The notes beneath the pieces are model-generated. The model was not told the origin of the DNA and searched no databases. It worked only from the letters and a program-made list of their open reading frames with translations. From the NCBI GenBank assembly GCA_029975555.1, contig JARKOY010000146.1:13727-77726 (forward strand): 64,000 nt of DNA, given 5' to 3'. The DNA is from Spirochaetia bacterium (lineage in GTDB: Bacteria > Spirochaetota > Spirochaetia > Treponematales > Rectinemataceae). Shown piece by piece: positions 48,727-57,695 of this stretch. Positions within the stretch are counted from its first letter, which is position 1. Every line of letters starts with the position of its first letter. Both the position numbers and the translations under genes were made by a program.

Positions 48727-48755
48727 TTTATATAGAAGCACCGCGACAGAGTCAA
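48727..48755 (-). promoter_or_regulatory. sigma70-type promoter TTGACT-17-TATAAA for the dpp-type operon
   Basis: On the minus strand, TTGACT is the complement of 48750-48755 and TATAAA the complement of 48727-48732. This leaves a leader of roughly 100 nt before the GTG at 48617. Confidence 0.55.
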
Positions 48756-49092
48756 GAGGAGAATGCAGTTTTTTTGGAATAAAAATGCAAAATGATGCCT
48801 GAGATATGAGACCGGATGAAGGGAATACAGCAACATGAATCGCTGGATGTTTGAGAACTTTCAGGATCAGATGGAATAATTATAAGATGATCAATACAAA
48901 CGACGTGGCCGGAATTCTCACCGCTTGCATAGTGTTCCGAAGCCTGCAGGTGGGGCTCGGCATAGCGCGCAAGCTCGGAGAATGCTAGGGGGAGGGTGCT
49001 ACCGAAAGTGCATCGAGGAGCACTGCATGTGAGCCATCTATTATGCAATCGTGGAAAAATTTAGGGGGCCGTTGATACCAAGGATTATACAT

Positions 49093-49119
49093 AAAAAAGG
49101 CTCCCTCTATGGGAGCCTT
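49093..49119 (-). terminator. intrinsic terminator of tRNA-fMet
   Basis: Minus strand AAGGCTCCC-ATAGA-GGGAGCCTT followed by TTTTTT, 10 nt after the tRNA 3' end. Confidence 0.8.
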
Positions 49120-49129
49120 AAAGTCGTTC

Positions 49130-49202
49130 TAGCAGGGGGAGGACTCGAACCTCCGACCTCCGGGTTATGAGCCCGACGAGCTGCCAACTGCTCTACCCTG
49201 CG
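49130..49202 (-). tRNA. initiator tRNA-fMet (anticodon CAT), CCA not encoded
   Basis: Hand-folded cloverleaf: CGCAGGG-TA-GAGC-AGTTGGCA-GCTC-G-TCGGG-CTCATAA-CCCGG-AGGTC-GGAGG-TTCGAGT-CCTCC-CCCTGCT-A. It carries the initiator hallmarks: three G:C pairs closing the anticodon stem, A11:U24, and an unpaired 1:72 (C/U). Confidence 0.9.
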
Positions 49203-49213
49203 GCGCAAGAACA

Positions 49214-49242
49214 AATTTACAAAAAATCGCAGCAAATGTCAA
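49214..49242 (-). promoter_or_regulatory. sigma70-type promoter TTGACA-17-TAAATT for tRNA-fMet
   Basis: The -35 box is the complement of 49237-49242 and overlaps the helicase stop codon. The -10 box is the complement of 49214-49219, about 11 nt before the mature 5' end. Confidence 0.6.
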
Positions 49243-50654
49243 GGTATGGAAACGTATTCTTTTGGATGTCCGCCTGGTGCGTGGCGCCCAGAGCTCCTGG
49301 AAATGGCATAGGCTGATCTGCGTGCCGTCTTTGGCCTGGCCGGTGATGCGACACGTGCAACAGCGGGTGTGGCGAAGGACCGAGGCGAGGGTTTACGAGG
49401 ACCCCCGCTGTGCGCTCCGGAATACTCATCGCGTGCGCCATGGAAGTCTGCGCGAGGCTCAGGAGTCACGCTGCTTCCGTCATCCAGCGACGATACCATT
49501 TCGTTGCCATGCAGAGTAACAAGTTTTCTCTCTATCTGCCCGCCCACTGTGCGCTCGATAATCCTAAGCATCGAGCGGTCCTCGGGCGTTGCGAGCGTCA
49601 GTGCGGTGCCGCGGTGCGTCATGCGACCGGTGCGGCCTATGCGGTGCGTGTATGCCTCCACGGTATCCGGCATGTCGAAGTTGATGACGTGAGAGATGCC
49701 GCTGATATCGATGCCTCTCGCCGCGATATCGGTGGCGACCATGAGGCGCGCTTTTCCGCTGCGGAATTTCTGCATGGCCTTGTCGCGCTGTGCCTGGGAA
49801 AGGTTGCCGTGGAGCGATGCTGCTGGATAGCCTTCTTCGGAAAGTTGGACGGCGAGTTTTTGGGCGCGGTGCTTTGTCCGCACGAAGATGAGCGCCTGGC
49901 CGGTCGCGGTATTTTTCAGGATTTCGGAGAGAACTGCATACTTGTTGGCCTGTGCGACGGGGTAGACGACGTGGTTGACGGTCTCGACCGGTTGGGAGTT
50001 GCCGATTTCGACTCGCGCCGGTTCGTTCTGGAATTCCGAAGTAAGACTTCGTATCTCCGCCGGAAGGGTCGCAGAGAACATCAGCGTCTGATGCTTCGCA
50101 GGAAGCGACGCAATAATCTGCCTGACCGAAGGGAGAAAGCCCATGTCGAACATCTGGTCCGCCTCGTCGAGCACAAGTATCTCTATGTCCTTAAGGGTGA
50201 TCGCGCCCTGGCCCATAAGGTCGAGGAGCCGGCCCGGACACGCCACAATAATTTCTGGCATGTCGCGTTTTAGGGCGCGACGTTGCGCGGACACGGAGAC
50301 GCCCCCGTAAATCGAAAGCGCAACAAGGCCGGTCTTTTTGCCGAGGCTTTCAAAGGCCTTGCGGGTCTGTTCGGCGAGTTCGCGGGTAGGAGACAGGACA
50401 AGCGCCCGAGCGGTGCAGCGTTTGCCAGACAAAAGGTGCTGGAGGATGGGCAACGCAAACGCTGCCGTCTTGCCGGTCCCCGTCTGTGCGAGGCCAAGCA
50501 AATCCTTTCCTTCGAGCACTGGACCAATTGCCTGGGCCTGGATTGGGGTCGGCTCGGTATAGCCGGCGCGGTCGATAGCCTCCATGATAGCACTGTCAAA
50601 CGAAAATGAGGAAAAATTCAAGAGCATTCCTTTATGGTGTTGTTGAAAAGGCAT
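49239..50654 (-). CDS. DEAD-box ATP-dependent RNA helicase (RhlE-like, basic C-terminal tail)
   Basis: Motifs AQTGTGKT, PTRELA, VLDEADQM, FSAT, HRIGRTGR. Confidence 0.93.
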   Translation of the reverse strand: MPFQQHHKGMLLNFSSFSFDSAIMEAIDRAGYTEPTPIQAQAIGPVLEGKDLLGLAQTGTGKTAAFALPILQHLLSGKRCTARALVLSPTRELAEQTRKAFESLGKKTGLVALSIYGGVSVSAQRRALKRDMPEIIVACPGRLLDLMGQGAITLKDIEILVLDEADQMFDMGFLPSVRQIIASLPAKHQTLMFSATLPAEIRSLTSEFQNEPARVEIGNSQPVETVNHVVYPVAQANKYAVLSEILKNTATGQALIFVRTKHRAQKLAVQLSEEGYPAASLHGNLSQAQRDKAMQKFRSGKARLMVATDIAARGIDISGISHVINFDMPDTVEAYTHRIGRTGRMTHRGTALTLATPEDRSMLRIIERTVGGQIERKLVTLHGNEMVSSLDDGSSVTPEPRADFHGARDEYSGAHSGGPRKPSPRSFATPAVARVASPARPKTARRSAYAISRSSGRHAPGGHPKEYVSIP

Positions 50655-50890
50655 GAATCCTGCTCAATCAAAGCCGGCGGTCTTCAAAATGACCGAATAG
50701 ATGTTCGGAACGACGGCGCTCGACTGGATCAGCCGATTCATGAAGCGCAGATCGACGAATTTTTTATAGTGTATGGCAAACAGTCGATTTGTTCAATGGG
50801 CCCCCAGGCCCCGTCGCCCTGCGCTTGACCTGTGATGAAATACCCGGCCCCAGTCCTCGTCCCGCCTTTTAAATTATAAAGGGACGAAAT

Positions 50891-51631
50891 CTATAGATGA
50901 AAAAGTCTCCTCAGGTTGGTGGTTTTAAAGACGCGATAATGCAAATACAGCAGAAAAGCGGCGATTGGCAGGAGCGAAATCGCACAGATGGGCGACCACT
51001 CGAAGGCTACGGCTCCTCGTGCGAACAAGTCGATGCACGTCTCCAGCCCGATACAGAAGGCGGCGGCAGCCACGAGGATGTAGGCGATCAGGTTCAGGCC
51101 TTTTTGTTTGCTCTTGCCGACGGCAAGAAAGACCGCTCCCGCAAGCGATTCGGCGAGCACCGCGATGGGCACCGCAAGCCCAAGCGCCCAACGGAGATCC
51201 TTGGTGATGCCCCCAAGCGCCACAAAGAAAACAAGGGGCGCAAGGACAGCGAGGAGCGCCCTGAGAATAGGCTTTTCCCTCAAGACGAGCATGGCCGTGC
51301 CCTCGACCCACAGCAGTACTATCGAAGCGATGGGATAGAGAGACCAAGAAAATCGCCTCGATTCAAAGAGATTGACCGCTGCCAACACGAGCACCGCGAT
51401 GCCAAAGGCGACGGAAAGCACTTCCCAGGCGATGGTCCGTTTTTCGGCGCCGCTGAATTCTTTTTCGGCGCCTTCCGGCATGAAGCGCAGCTCGGAAGAC
51501 TTCTCCGAGCCTGCCTCCGGGCACGATTTCTGCGTGTCGGATGATGTGCCCGCTCTCGGATTTTGGGCGCCGCAGAGCGGGCAGCGCGGCGCGTCGCCTA
51601 TTTCGACGCCACAATCAGGACAGTACGGCAT
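50891..51631 (-). CDS. zinc-ribbon domain polytopic membrane protein (function unknown)
   Basis: N-terminal CPDCG...CPLCG zinc ribbon, an acidic linker, then about six TM helices. Overlaps the upstream gene by 17 nt. Confidence 0.75.
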   Translation of the reverse strand: MPYCPDCGVEIGDAPRCPLCGAQNPRAGTSSDTQKSCPEAGSEKSSELRFMPEGAEKEFSGAEKRTIAWEVLSVAFGIAVLVLAAVNLFESRRFSWSLYPIASIVLLWVEGTAMLVLREKPILRALLAVLAPLVFFVALGGITKDLRWALGLAVPIAVLAESLAGAVFLAVGKSKQKGLNLIAYILVAAAAFCIGLETCIDLFARGAVAFEWSPICAISLLPIAAFLLYLHYRVFKTTNLRRLFHL

Positions 51632-52988
51632 GATGTTCCTCCTCGAGTCGGCACGAGACGCTGACGTGGAGCCCCAGGCTTCTCAGGCGTCGGAAGAATA
51701 GGCGCTCGAGGTCTCGCGACTGTGCCAAGCTCCCGAAATTGATGACGAGCTTATCTCCCCAGCTTAGCACCGAGGCGTTGGTCTTAGTGGTCAGACTGGG
51801 CGCGGGGATGAAGCCGAACGTGCGGATGTGGGGCGCAAAGCCCGGAGGCATCGCAATCGAACCAAGGTTCGAGATGAAGCCAGAGAGCATCGATTCGCCG
51901 AATCTGGCGAAAAGTATCCGCGCGAAAATATCCTTACCCCACAGGGGCACCAAGCGAACCGCGAGGCTCCTGGCGCTCCCTGCGTTGCGGCTCAGGTGCT
52001 TCGCAACGCTCATGCGGTCGTATTCGAGTTTCATCTGATAGTGCGTCCGGAGCACAAGCTCCTCGAAGCTGCGCACGCCGAGCCGCATATCCTCGCCAAC
52101 GAGCACGAAGAGCGAAAAATTGCGGAATGTGTGGGAAGGAAAGAGGCTGCGCAGGTTGATCGGGACTTCCACCGCAATGAATGGATCTCGGGGGAGCGGT
52201 TTGGTCGCATGCCACATATGCTGCAGCGCATCGAGATATACCGCAACCAAAAGCTCAGTGATGCTCGCATTGCGCCGCTTGGCTTCGGCCAGGACTTCAG
52301 AAGTCGACAGCACCCCCGATATCACACGGTATTGTCCCTTGGACAGTGCCTTAGAACGAAGGTGAAAGGCCCTGGGCCCTCTCTCCGGAAATGGTAGGCC
52401 TTTGGGAAAATACCGCTGATAGGCGTCTTCGAATTCTTCCGGGGCAGCCCGCCCCGAAGTGGAGAGGAGGATATCACTCCACTCGCCTTCGCCGAGCCGT
52501 GCGCCAGGTTCAATTCCCTTCAGAGAGAAGTAATTGGCGATCATGGTCTTGAAAAAGGCAAGGCCCCCCGTGCCGTCGGTCATGGCGTGGGAGAACTCCG
52601 CCGCAACGCGGTTTCTGACACAGCGGACGCGAAACATGCGGGTCCCGCGCCTATTTATGTCCCATTGCTGACAGGGACTCGGCGAATCCGGATAGACGGG
52701 AGGAAGCGTGCCGCAAGGCTCAAAGTAGTACCAGAAGAGCCCTCTGCGGAGGCTCACGTTGAAGTACGGCATGCGACGCACCGTGAGCTCGAGGGCATCC
52801 TCCATCGCTTCGACGTCGATGGGCTCATCGAGCTCAGCCTCGAATCTGAAGAGGCTCGTCGTAATCTTGTTCGCAACCGCAGGCATGATGATCGCGGCAT
52901 TGTCGAGGGCATACCACACCCCCACCTCGTCTTCCCGCCGCGTATGGACAAATCGGTGTTCGTGAAGCCTCCGGTCATTCGCGCTCAT
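51615..52988 (-). CDS. condensation/alcohol-acyltransferase-like enzyme (HxxxDG superfamily)
   Basis: 457 aa. Catalytic-type motif HAMTDGTGG about one third of the way into the protein. Overall length fits a two-lobed CAT-like fold. Confidence 0.65.
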   Translation of the reverse strand: MSANDRRLHEHRFVHTRREDEVGVWYALDNAAIIMPAVANKITTSLFRFEAELDEPIDVEAMEDALELTVRRMPYFNVSLRRGLFWYYFEPCGTLPPVYPDSPSPCQQWDINRRGTRMFRVRCVRNRVAAEFSHAMTDGTGGLAFFKTMIANYFSLKGIEPGARLGEGEWSDILLSTSGRAAPEEFEDAYQRYFPKGLPFPERGPRAFHLRSKALSKGQYRVISGVLSTSEVLAEAKRRNASITELLVAVYLDALQHMWHATKPLPRDPFIAVEVPINLRSLFPSHTFRNFSLFVLVGEDMRLGVRSFEELVLRTHYQMKLEYDRMSVAKHLSRNAGSARSLAVRLVPLWGKDIFARILFARFGESMLSGFISNLGSIAMPPGFAPHIRTFGFIPAPSLTTKTNASVLSWGDKLVINFGSLAQSRDLERLFFRRLRSLGLHVSVSCRLEEEHHAVLS

Positions 52989-52995
52989 GCTTCAA

Positions 52996-53691
52996 TTATA
53001 GGAACGAAAGAATCGGCATTACAAGGACAAGCAGCACGATGACGAGGATCGCAGGCAGGAAATTGCCCGTTTTAAAGCTCTTTATCCCCAGAAGCCCAAA
53101 GCCGATCATGATGATGAGGGCGCCGCCGGTCGCCGTGAGTTCAGCCAGCATGAGCTCGCTCACATAAGGCCTTATGGACCCCGAAAGGAGCGTGAGCACT
53201 CCCTGGTAGACAAAGACTGTAAACGCCGAGAAAGCCACGCCGACGCCCATGGCGCTGGCAAAAATGATCGATACAAACCCATCGAGGACGCTTTTGGTGA
53301 GGATGAGCGAATAATTCCCCTCGGTGCCGGCTTGGAATGAACCCAGAATCGCCATCGCCCCGGTGCAGAACAACACCGAACCATTCAGAAAGCCCGCCGC
53401 AAAGGCGCCCTCGGACTTGCGCGCAAAACGCTGTTTGAGCCGCTCCCCGAGGCGCTCGATGCCGCCCTCCACGTCGAGCATGGTTCCCAAAAGCCCGCCT
53501 ATCATCAGCGAAAGCGCAAATGCCAGGATGTGCGTCGTTTTGAGCGCCATCTGGATGCCGATCGTGAGCGACGTCAGCCCTGCCGCCGTAAACACGATGT
53601 TACGATATTCATCCTTTATGCCTTTTCTAATAAACAACCCGATGATGGATCCAAGCACAATGGCTGCCGCGTTGATGACTGTTGCGATCAT
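52996..53691 (-). CDS. DUF554 (YqgA-like) membrane protein
   Basis: 231 aa. MIATVINAAAIVLGSIIGLFIRKGI... N-terminus and a polytopic profile. Confidence 0.8.
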   Translation of the reverse strand: MIATVINAAAIVLGSIIGLFIRKGIKDEYRNIVFTAAGLTSLTIGIQMALKTTHILAFALSLMIGGLLGTMLDVEGGIERLGERLKQRFARKSEGAFAAGFLNGSVLFCTGAMAILGSFQAGTEGNYSLILTKSVLDGFVSIIFASAMGVGVAFSAFTVFVYQGVLTLLSGSIRPYVSELMLAELTATGGALIIMIGFGLLGIKSFKTGNFLPAILVIVLLVLVMPILSFL

Positions 53692-53749
53692 GGTTCGTGT
53701 TGACCTCGTTGGGGGAGTATAGCATAATCCTTTTCCGTGAGGAAATCAC

Positions 53750-54148
53750 ATGCATAAAAGCCTTATTCGAATTATCGGATTTTTGATGTTCGCATGCCTC
53801 TCCTTGCTGTTTTTTTCCTGCGCATCGGCCCCTGCCCCGGTTCCCGAGGATGCGAGCGCGCAGAAGATCATCCAGCTCGCGCAGGAGCGGTACGATGCAT
53901 ACGACCTTAACGGCGCAAGCTATTACTATCAGGTTCTGCTCGAGCGCTACGGCAGCGACCCGAATTACATGCTGAACGCCAAGTATGAAATGGCGTTCAT
54001 CGAGTACAAAAGAGGCCACAAGGATAAGGCGCTCGCCGCATTCAGAGAGATTGTGGCGCGCTACGATGAGCCCGATGCTTCGAGTCTGTCTCCGACATGG
54101 AAGCTGCTGTCCGAAAAGATGATCGCTAAGTTGACAGGGGCAAAGTAA
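53750..54148 (+). CDS. small TPR-like lipoprotein
   Basis: Signal peptide plus lipobox LLFFSC. One or two TPR-like helices (YYYQVLLERY...AKYEMAFIEYKRGHKDKALAAFREIVARY). Confidence 0.7.
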   Translation: MHKSLIRIIGFLMFACLSLLFFSCASAPAPVPEDASAQKIIQLAQERYDAYDLNGASYYYQVLLERYGSDPNYMLNAKYEMAFIEYKRGHKDKALAAFREIVARYDEPDASSLSPTWKLLSEKMIAKLTGAK

Positions 54149-54155
54149 GCCCCGA

Positions 54156-56138
54156 TCACGCCTCTTCTTCGGCCAGCTCCTCCGCGATCTCGAGCCATTC
54201 TTGATTGAGGCCTTCAGTCTCCCTATCTAAGTCTTCCAGCGCGGCGAGGATGCGCCTGGTCTTTGCTCCATCGAGATAGACATGAGGAAGGCTCAGCTCT
54301 TCTTGCAGTTTGGCTTTCTCTGCGGCGATGGTTTCGATGCGCGCGGCTATCTCACCTTCCCGGCGCTTGAGTTTGCGCAGGCGCGCCTTCCGCGCCTTCT
54401 CTTCTTCCCAGTCACGGGCTTGAACAGAAGCCGACTTCGGGCCTGAAGCGGAGTCGGACGGATCGCCCTCTCGCACCCTACCTCCGCTCTGATGCGCCGC
54501 CTGCTCCTCTGTGTTCTTTTGGCTTTCCTGTGCCTTCTTTTCGAGATAATAGGCGTAATTCCCATGGTAAAGGCGCGGAGGCAGACCGCAGGAGAGTTCG
54601 AGCACCCTGTCCGCGAGCTCATCGAGGAACTGGCGGTCGTGCGAGACGAAGATCACCGTGCCCTCGTACTTTTTCAGCGCTTCGAGAAGAATATCCTTGC
54701 TCGTCAGGTCCAAGTGGTTCGTGGGCTCGTCGAGCACGAGCAGATTCGAGGGCTTGAGGAGGAGTTTCAGCAGGGCAAGGCGCGAGCGCTCTCCTCCTGA
54801 GAGCACGGAAATCGGTTTTTCGATGTCGTCGTCGCGGAAGAGAAAGGCTCCGAGGAGGTTGCGCAGCTTAGGGAGCATCTCGAAGGGGCAGACAGATTCG
54901 GCCTCCTCCTCCACGGTGGACTCCGAGGCCATGAGTTCGGCAGACTCCTGCGAGAAATACCCAACAAGGATGTTGGCGCCGAAGCTCAGCTCCCCCTCGA
55001 AGGCGGTCTCGGCGCCCGCGATGATCCGCATGAGGGTCGATTTGCCTGCGCCGTTGGGCCCCACGAGGGCCAGCTTTTGGCCCCTTTCCAGCTCAAGCGA
55101 AAACTTCCCGATGACCTGCATCTCACCATAGGCCTTTGAGAGCTCGCGTATCCGCAGGGCGATTTGACCGGACCTCGGCGCGGGCGGAAAGGCAAAGTGG
55201 ATGCGCTTCATGCCTTCGGGAATTTCGATGGGTCTTATTTTCTCGAGCATCTTTATGCGGCTCTGGACCTGCGGGGCTTTGGACTCTTTATAACGGAAGC
55301 GGCGGATAAACTCCTCGATGCGCTGGATTTCTTCCTGCTGGCGCTCCCAGGCCTCGAAGAGGGCCGCGAGCTCCTGCGAACGGCGAGCCTCGTACTGGCT
55401 GTAGGTGCCCACATAGCGCGTGAGCGTTCCATTGAAAAGTTCGTACACCTCACGCACGGTGACATCGAGGAAGTATCGGTCGTGGGAGACCACGAGGACT
55501 GCGCCGCGGTAGTCTCGCAAGAAATTTTCAAGCCACGTGCGCGCCTCCAGGTCGAGATAGTTGGTGGGCTCGTCGAGCAGCATGATGTCGGGATCCTCGA
55601 GCAGGACCTTTGCGAGGGCCAGCCGCATCTGCCATCCACCGGAAAGCTCGGATGCCGGACGCTCGAAGTCCTTAGGCTTGAAATCGAGGCCCCTGAGCAC
55701 CTCGGCAATTCTTTCTTCGCGGCGCCAGTAGCCAGCATTTTCAAGCATTTCGCCGATTTCATGGTGCCGCTCGAGGAGCCGTGCAGTCTCTTTTTCGTCC
55801 ACATGGTCCGAGGCGAGCGCGCGGCCAAGCGCCTCTTGTTCGTCCAACAATGCGCGGTAGTATGAGAAGGCCTCTTCGGCGATGTCGTGAACGCTGCCTT
55901 CTTCGAAGCGAATTCCTGTCTGTGGAAGGTAGACGACACGGGCGCCCTTCGTGATGATGACGTCGCCGGCATCCTGTTTGGTGATGCCGGCTGCGATTTT
56001 CATGAGCGTGGATTTGCCGGCGCCATTGGGACCGGTCAGGGCTGCGCGGGAGCCGTCCTGCAAGGAGAGCGTCGCGTTGCGGATGAGATCGCGGGCACCA
56101 AAAGAGAGCGCAACCCCGCTCAGCTGAAGAAATGCCAT
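54156..56138 (-). CDS. ABC-F family ATPase (Uup-like, C-terminal coiled coil)
   Basis: Two NBDs (GPNGAGKST twice; LSGGWQMR and LSGGERSR), no TM segments, and an Arg/Lys/Glu-rich coiled-coil tail. Confidence 0.92.
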   Translation of the reverse strand: MAFLQLSGVALSFGARDLIRNATLSLQDGSRAALTGPNGAGKSTLMKIAAGITKQDAGDVIITKGARVVYLPQTGIRFEEGSVHDIAEEAFSYYRALLDEQEALGRALASDHVDEKETARLLERHHEIGEMLENAGYWRREERIAEVLRGLDFKPKDFERPASELSGGWQMRLALAKVLLEDPDIMLLDEPTNYLDLEARTWLENFLRDYRGAVLVVSHDRYFLDVTVREVYELFNGTLTRYVGTYSQYEARRSQELAALFEAWERQQEEIQRIEEFIRRFRYKESKAPQVQSRIKMLEKIRPIEIPEGMKRIHFAFPPAPRSGQIALRIRELSKAYGEMQVIGKFSLELERGQKLALVGPNGAGKSTLMRIIAGAETAFEGELSFGANILVGYFSQESAELMASESTVEEEAESVCPFEMLPKLRNLLGAFLFRDDDIEKPISVLSGGERSRLALLKLLLKPSNLLVLDEPTNHLDLTSKDILLEALKKYEGTVIFVSHDRQFLDELADRVLELSCGLPPRLYHGNYAYYLEKKAQESQKNTEEQAAHQSGGRVREGDPSDSASGPKSASVQARDWEEEKARKARLRKLKRREGEIAARIETIAAEKAKLQEELSLPHVYLDGAKTRRILAALEDLDRETEGLNQEWLEIAEELAEEEA

Positions 56139-56139
56139 G

Positions 56140-57555
56140 CTATTTGACCACTAAATAATACGTCACAGGAGAGAATCGTGCGTCGAGGCCCTCGGTGGTT
56201 CCCCGCAGCGTCACTGCGCTGGCTTTGGCAATCACAAGCTGGCCGTTGTCAAAACGATAGACAAAATCCTTCCTGTCGGGTTTGTCTCCCACGAGCAGCG
56301 AAAAACCTCCCATCCACGCGGAGGAAATCGCCGTACCGAGATGAAGTCCGAACCGGATTTTCCCCTTGATGGTATCTGTCTGCGCGTTGGCTTGCATTTC
56401 GGGGGCGAAACCTGCAGGGAGCTGCTCGGCGTGGCTCCATTCGAAGGTGCCTTTGAGATCGATGCTGAGAATGCCCCCGGTGTCCGAAAGAAAGGTGGCG
56501 ACCGATTCTCCGTTCGACTGCAATTGCGACTTTCGCTGGAAAAAGACCTTCAGTTCTGCATCGCGCCGCGAATTCTCGCCGGAGAGCATAACAGGTATTG
56601 AAGCGTCGAGCTGGACAAAACGCGCCGCCTGATCTCCCTGCGCCCAACCTTCGTCGGTAAGGATAGGATCAGTGCCGCTCCAGTCGGCGACAATGGTCGA
56701 TCCGTTTTCGAATCGAATGCGCAGCCGGGAACCCTCGAACACAAGCCAATCTCCTGACTGACTCACCGAGCTGAAGCTGAAGACGTTGGAATACCCCGGC
56801 AACTCGATGCGCACCTGCGCATTTTTGGCGTCGGCGAAGAGACCATATTGAAGGATAAAAAGATCGGGATCGATGGTGCCGTCGTCGATCATGAGCTGGT
56901 AATATGCAGGGCGCCATGGTTTTGCATAGAGGAGATCGAGGAGAGAGGCGCTCGGCGCAGGCGCCTGGGCGATGACAGGGGCGGTCGTGCCTTCCTTTTC
57001 TTCATAGAGTATCATGGTATTGCTGAAGACATAGCCGCGCGTGCCGTCGGTGGCTTGGACAAAGTACCACTCTCCCGGGAGGGCTTTCCCGCCGGTGAAC
57101 ACCGCTTCGCCCTCGGCCGCGCTCAAGACCTTGACAGACTCGCCGAGTCTGAGGCGGTATACTCGCCGTGCGCTCACGCTCGCCTTGTCCCGAACAGGAA
57201 GGCCGTCGCGTCCCGCCGAAAGATACAGGGCGGCGTAGGGTGCAAACTGCTCGGCTCGCTTTTCAGCGGCCCTCTTGGATGAAAAAAATTCGAGCGACGG
57301 AAAGGGAACTTCGATCTTCGTCTTCTCGTCGCCAGGAAGGCCAATCACATAGCTTTTGCTGATATTCGATTTCAGGTAAACCGGGACTACGGTTCCGGCC
57401 TTTGCGGTCGTCCCCTTGACGGACCAGATGACCACGCCCCAACCTTCACGTCTTGCGCAGCCACAGAAGAGTGCAGAAAACACTACCGCCACAAGGCCGG
57501 CGGCCAGCAACATCCTCGCGCCGGTTTCTTTTCTTTTTTTTATTGCCCAGTCCAT
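56140..57555 (-). CDS. lipoprotein with SH3-like N-terminal region (function unknown)
   Basis: Signal peptide plus lipobox ALFCGC. SH3b-like stretch (VYRLRLGESVKVL...GEWYFVQATDGTRGYVFSN). Its stop is 1 nt before the ABC-F start. Confidence 0.65.
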   Translation of the reverse strand: MDWAIKKRKETGARMLLAAGLVAVVFSALFCGCARREGWGVVIWSVKGTTAKAGTVVPVYLKSNISKSYVIGLPGDEKTKIEVPFPSLEFFSSKRAAEKRAEQFAPYAALYLSAGRDGLPVRDKASVSARRVYRLRLGESVKVLSAAEGEAVFTGGKALPGEWYFVQATDGTRGYVFSNTMILYEEKEGTTAPVIAQAPAPSASLLDLLYAKPWRPAYYQLMIDDGTIDPDLFILQYGLFADAKNAQVRIELPGYSNVFSFSSVSQSGDWLVFEGSRLRIRFENGSTIVADWSGTDPILTDEGWAQGDQAARFVQLDASIPVMLSGENSRRDAELKVFFQRKSQLQSNGESVATFLSDTGGILSIDLKGTFEWSHAEQLPAGFAPEMQANAQTDTIKGKIRFGLHLGTAISSAWMGGFSLLVGDKPDRKDFVYRFDNGQLVIAKASAVTLRGTTEGLDARFSPVTYYLVVK

Positions 57556-57679
57556 ACACGCTGAGTGTACAATGCAAGCCCTTTTCTGGCTAGTGATTGT
57601 CGGATTTCGAACTACCCCTACCTCAACAACGCAAAACCGCGCAGCGGTGTGCCACCATCGAGCACTGCAGTGAAAAAGG

Positions 57680-57688
57680 TGCTATAAT
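57680..57688 (+). promoter_or_regulatory. extended -10 promoter element TGCTATAAT, 7 nt upstream of the ppx ATG
   Basis: TGCTATAAT at 57680-57688, ATG at 57696, no SD in between. Confidence 0.45.
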
Positions 57689-57695
57689 ACGATAT

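Noticed and set aside
48752-49048. 98-aa minus-strand ORF in the tRNA/dpp intergenic region
   Set aside because: TTG start, no SD, Cys/Ser-rich with no recognisable fold. The region is reported as a possible RNA element instead.
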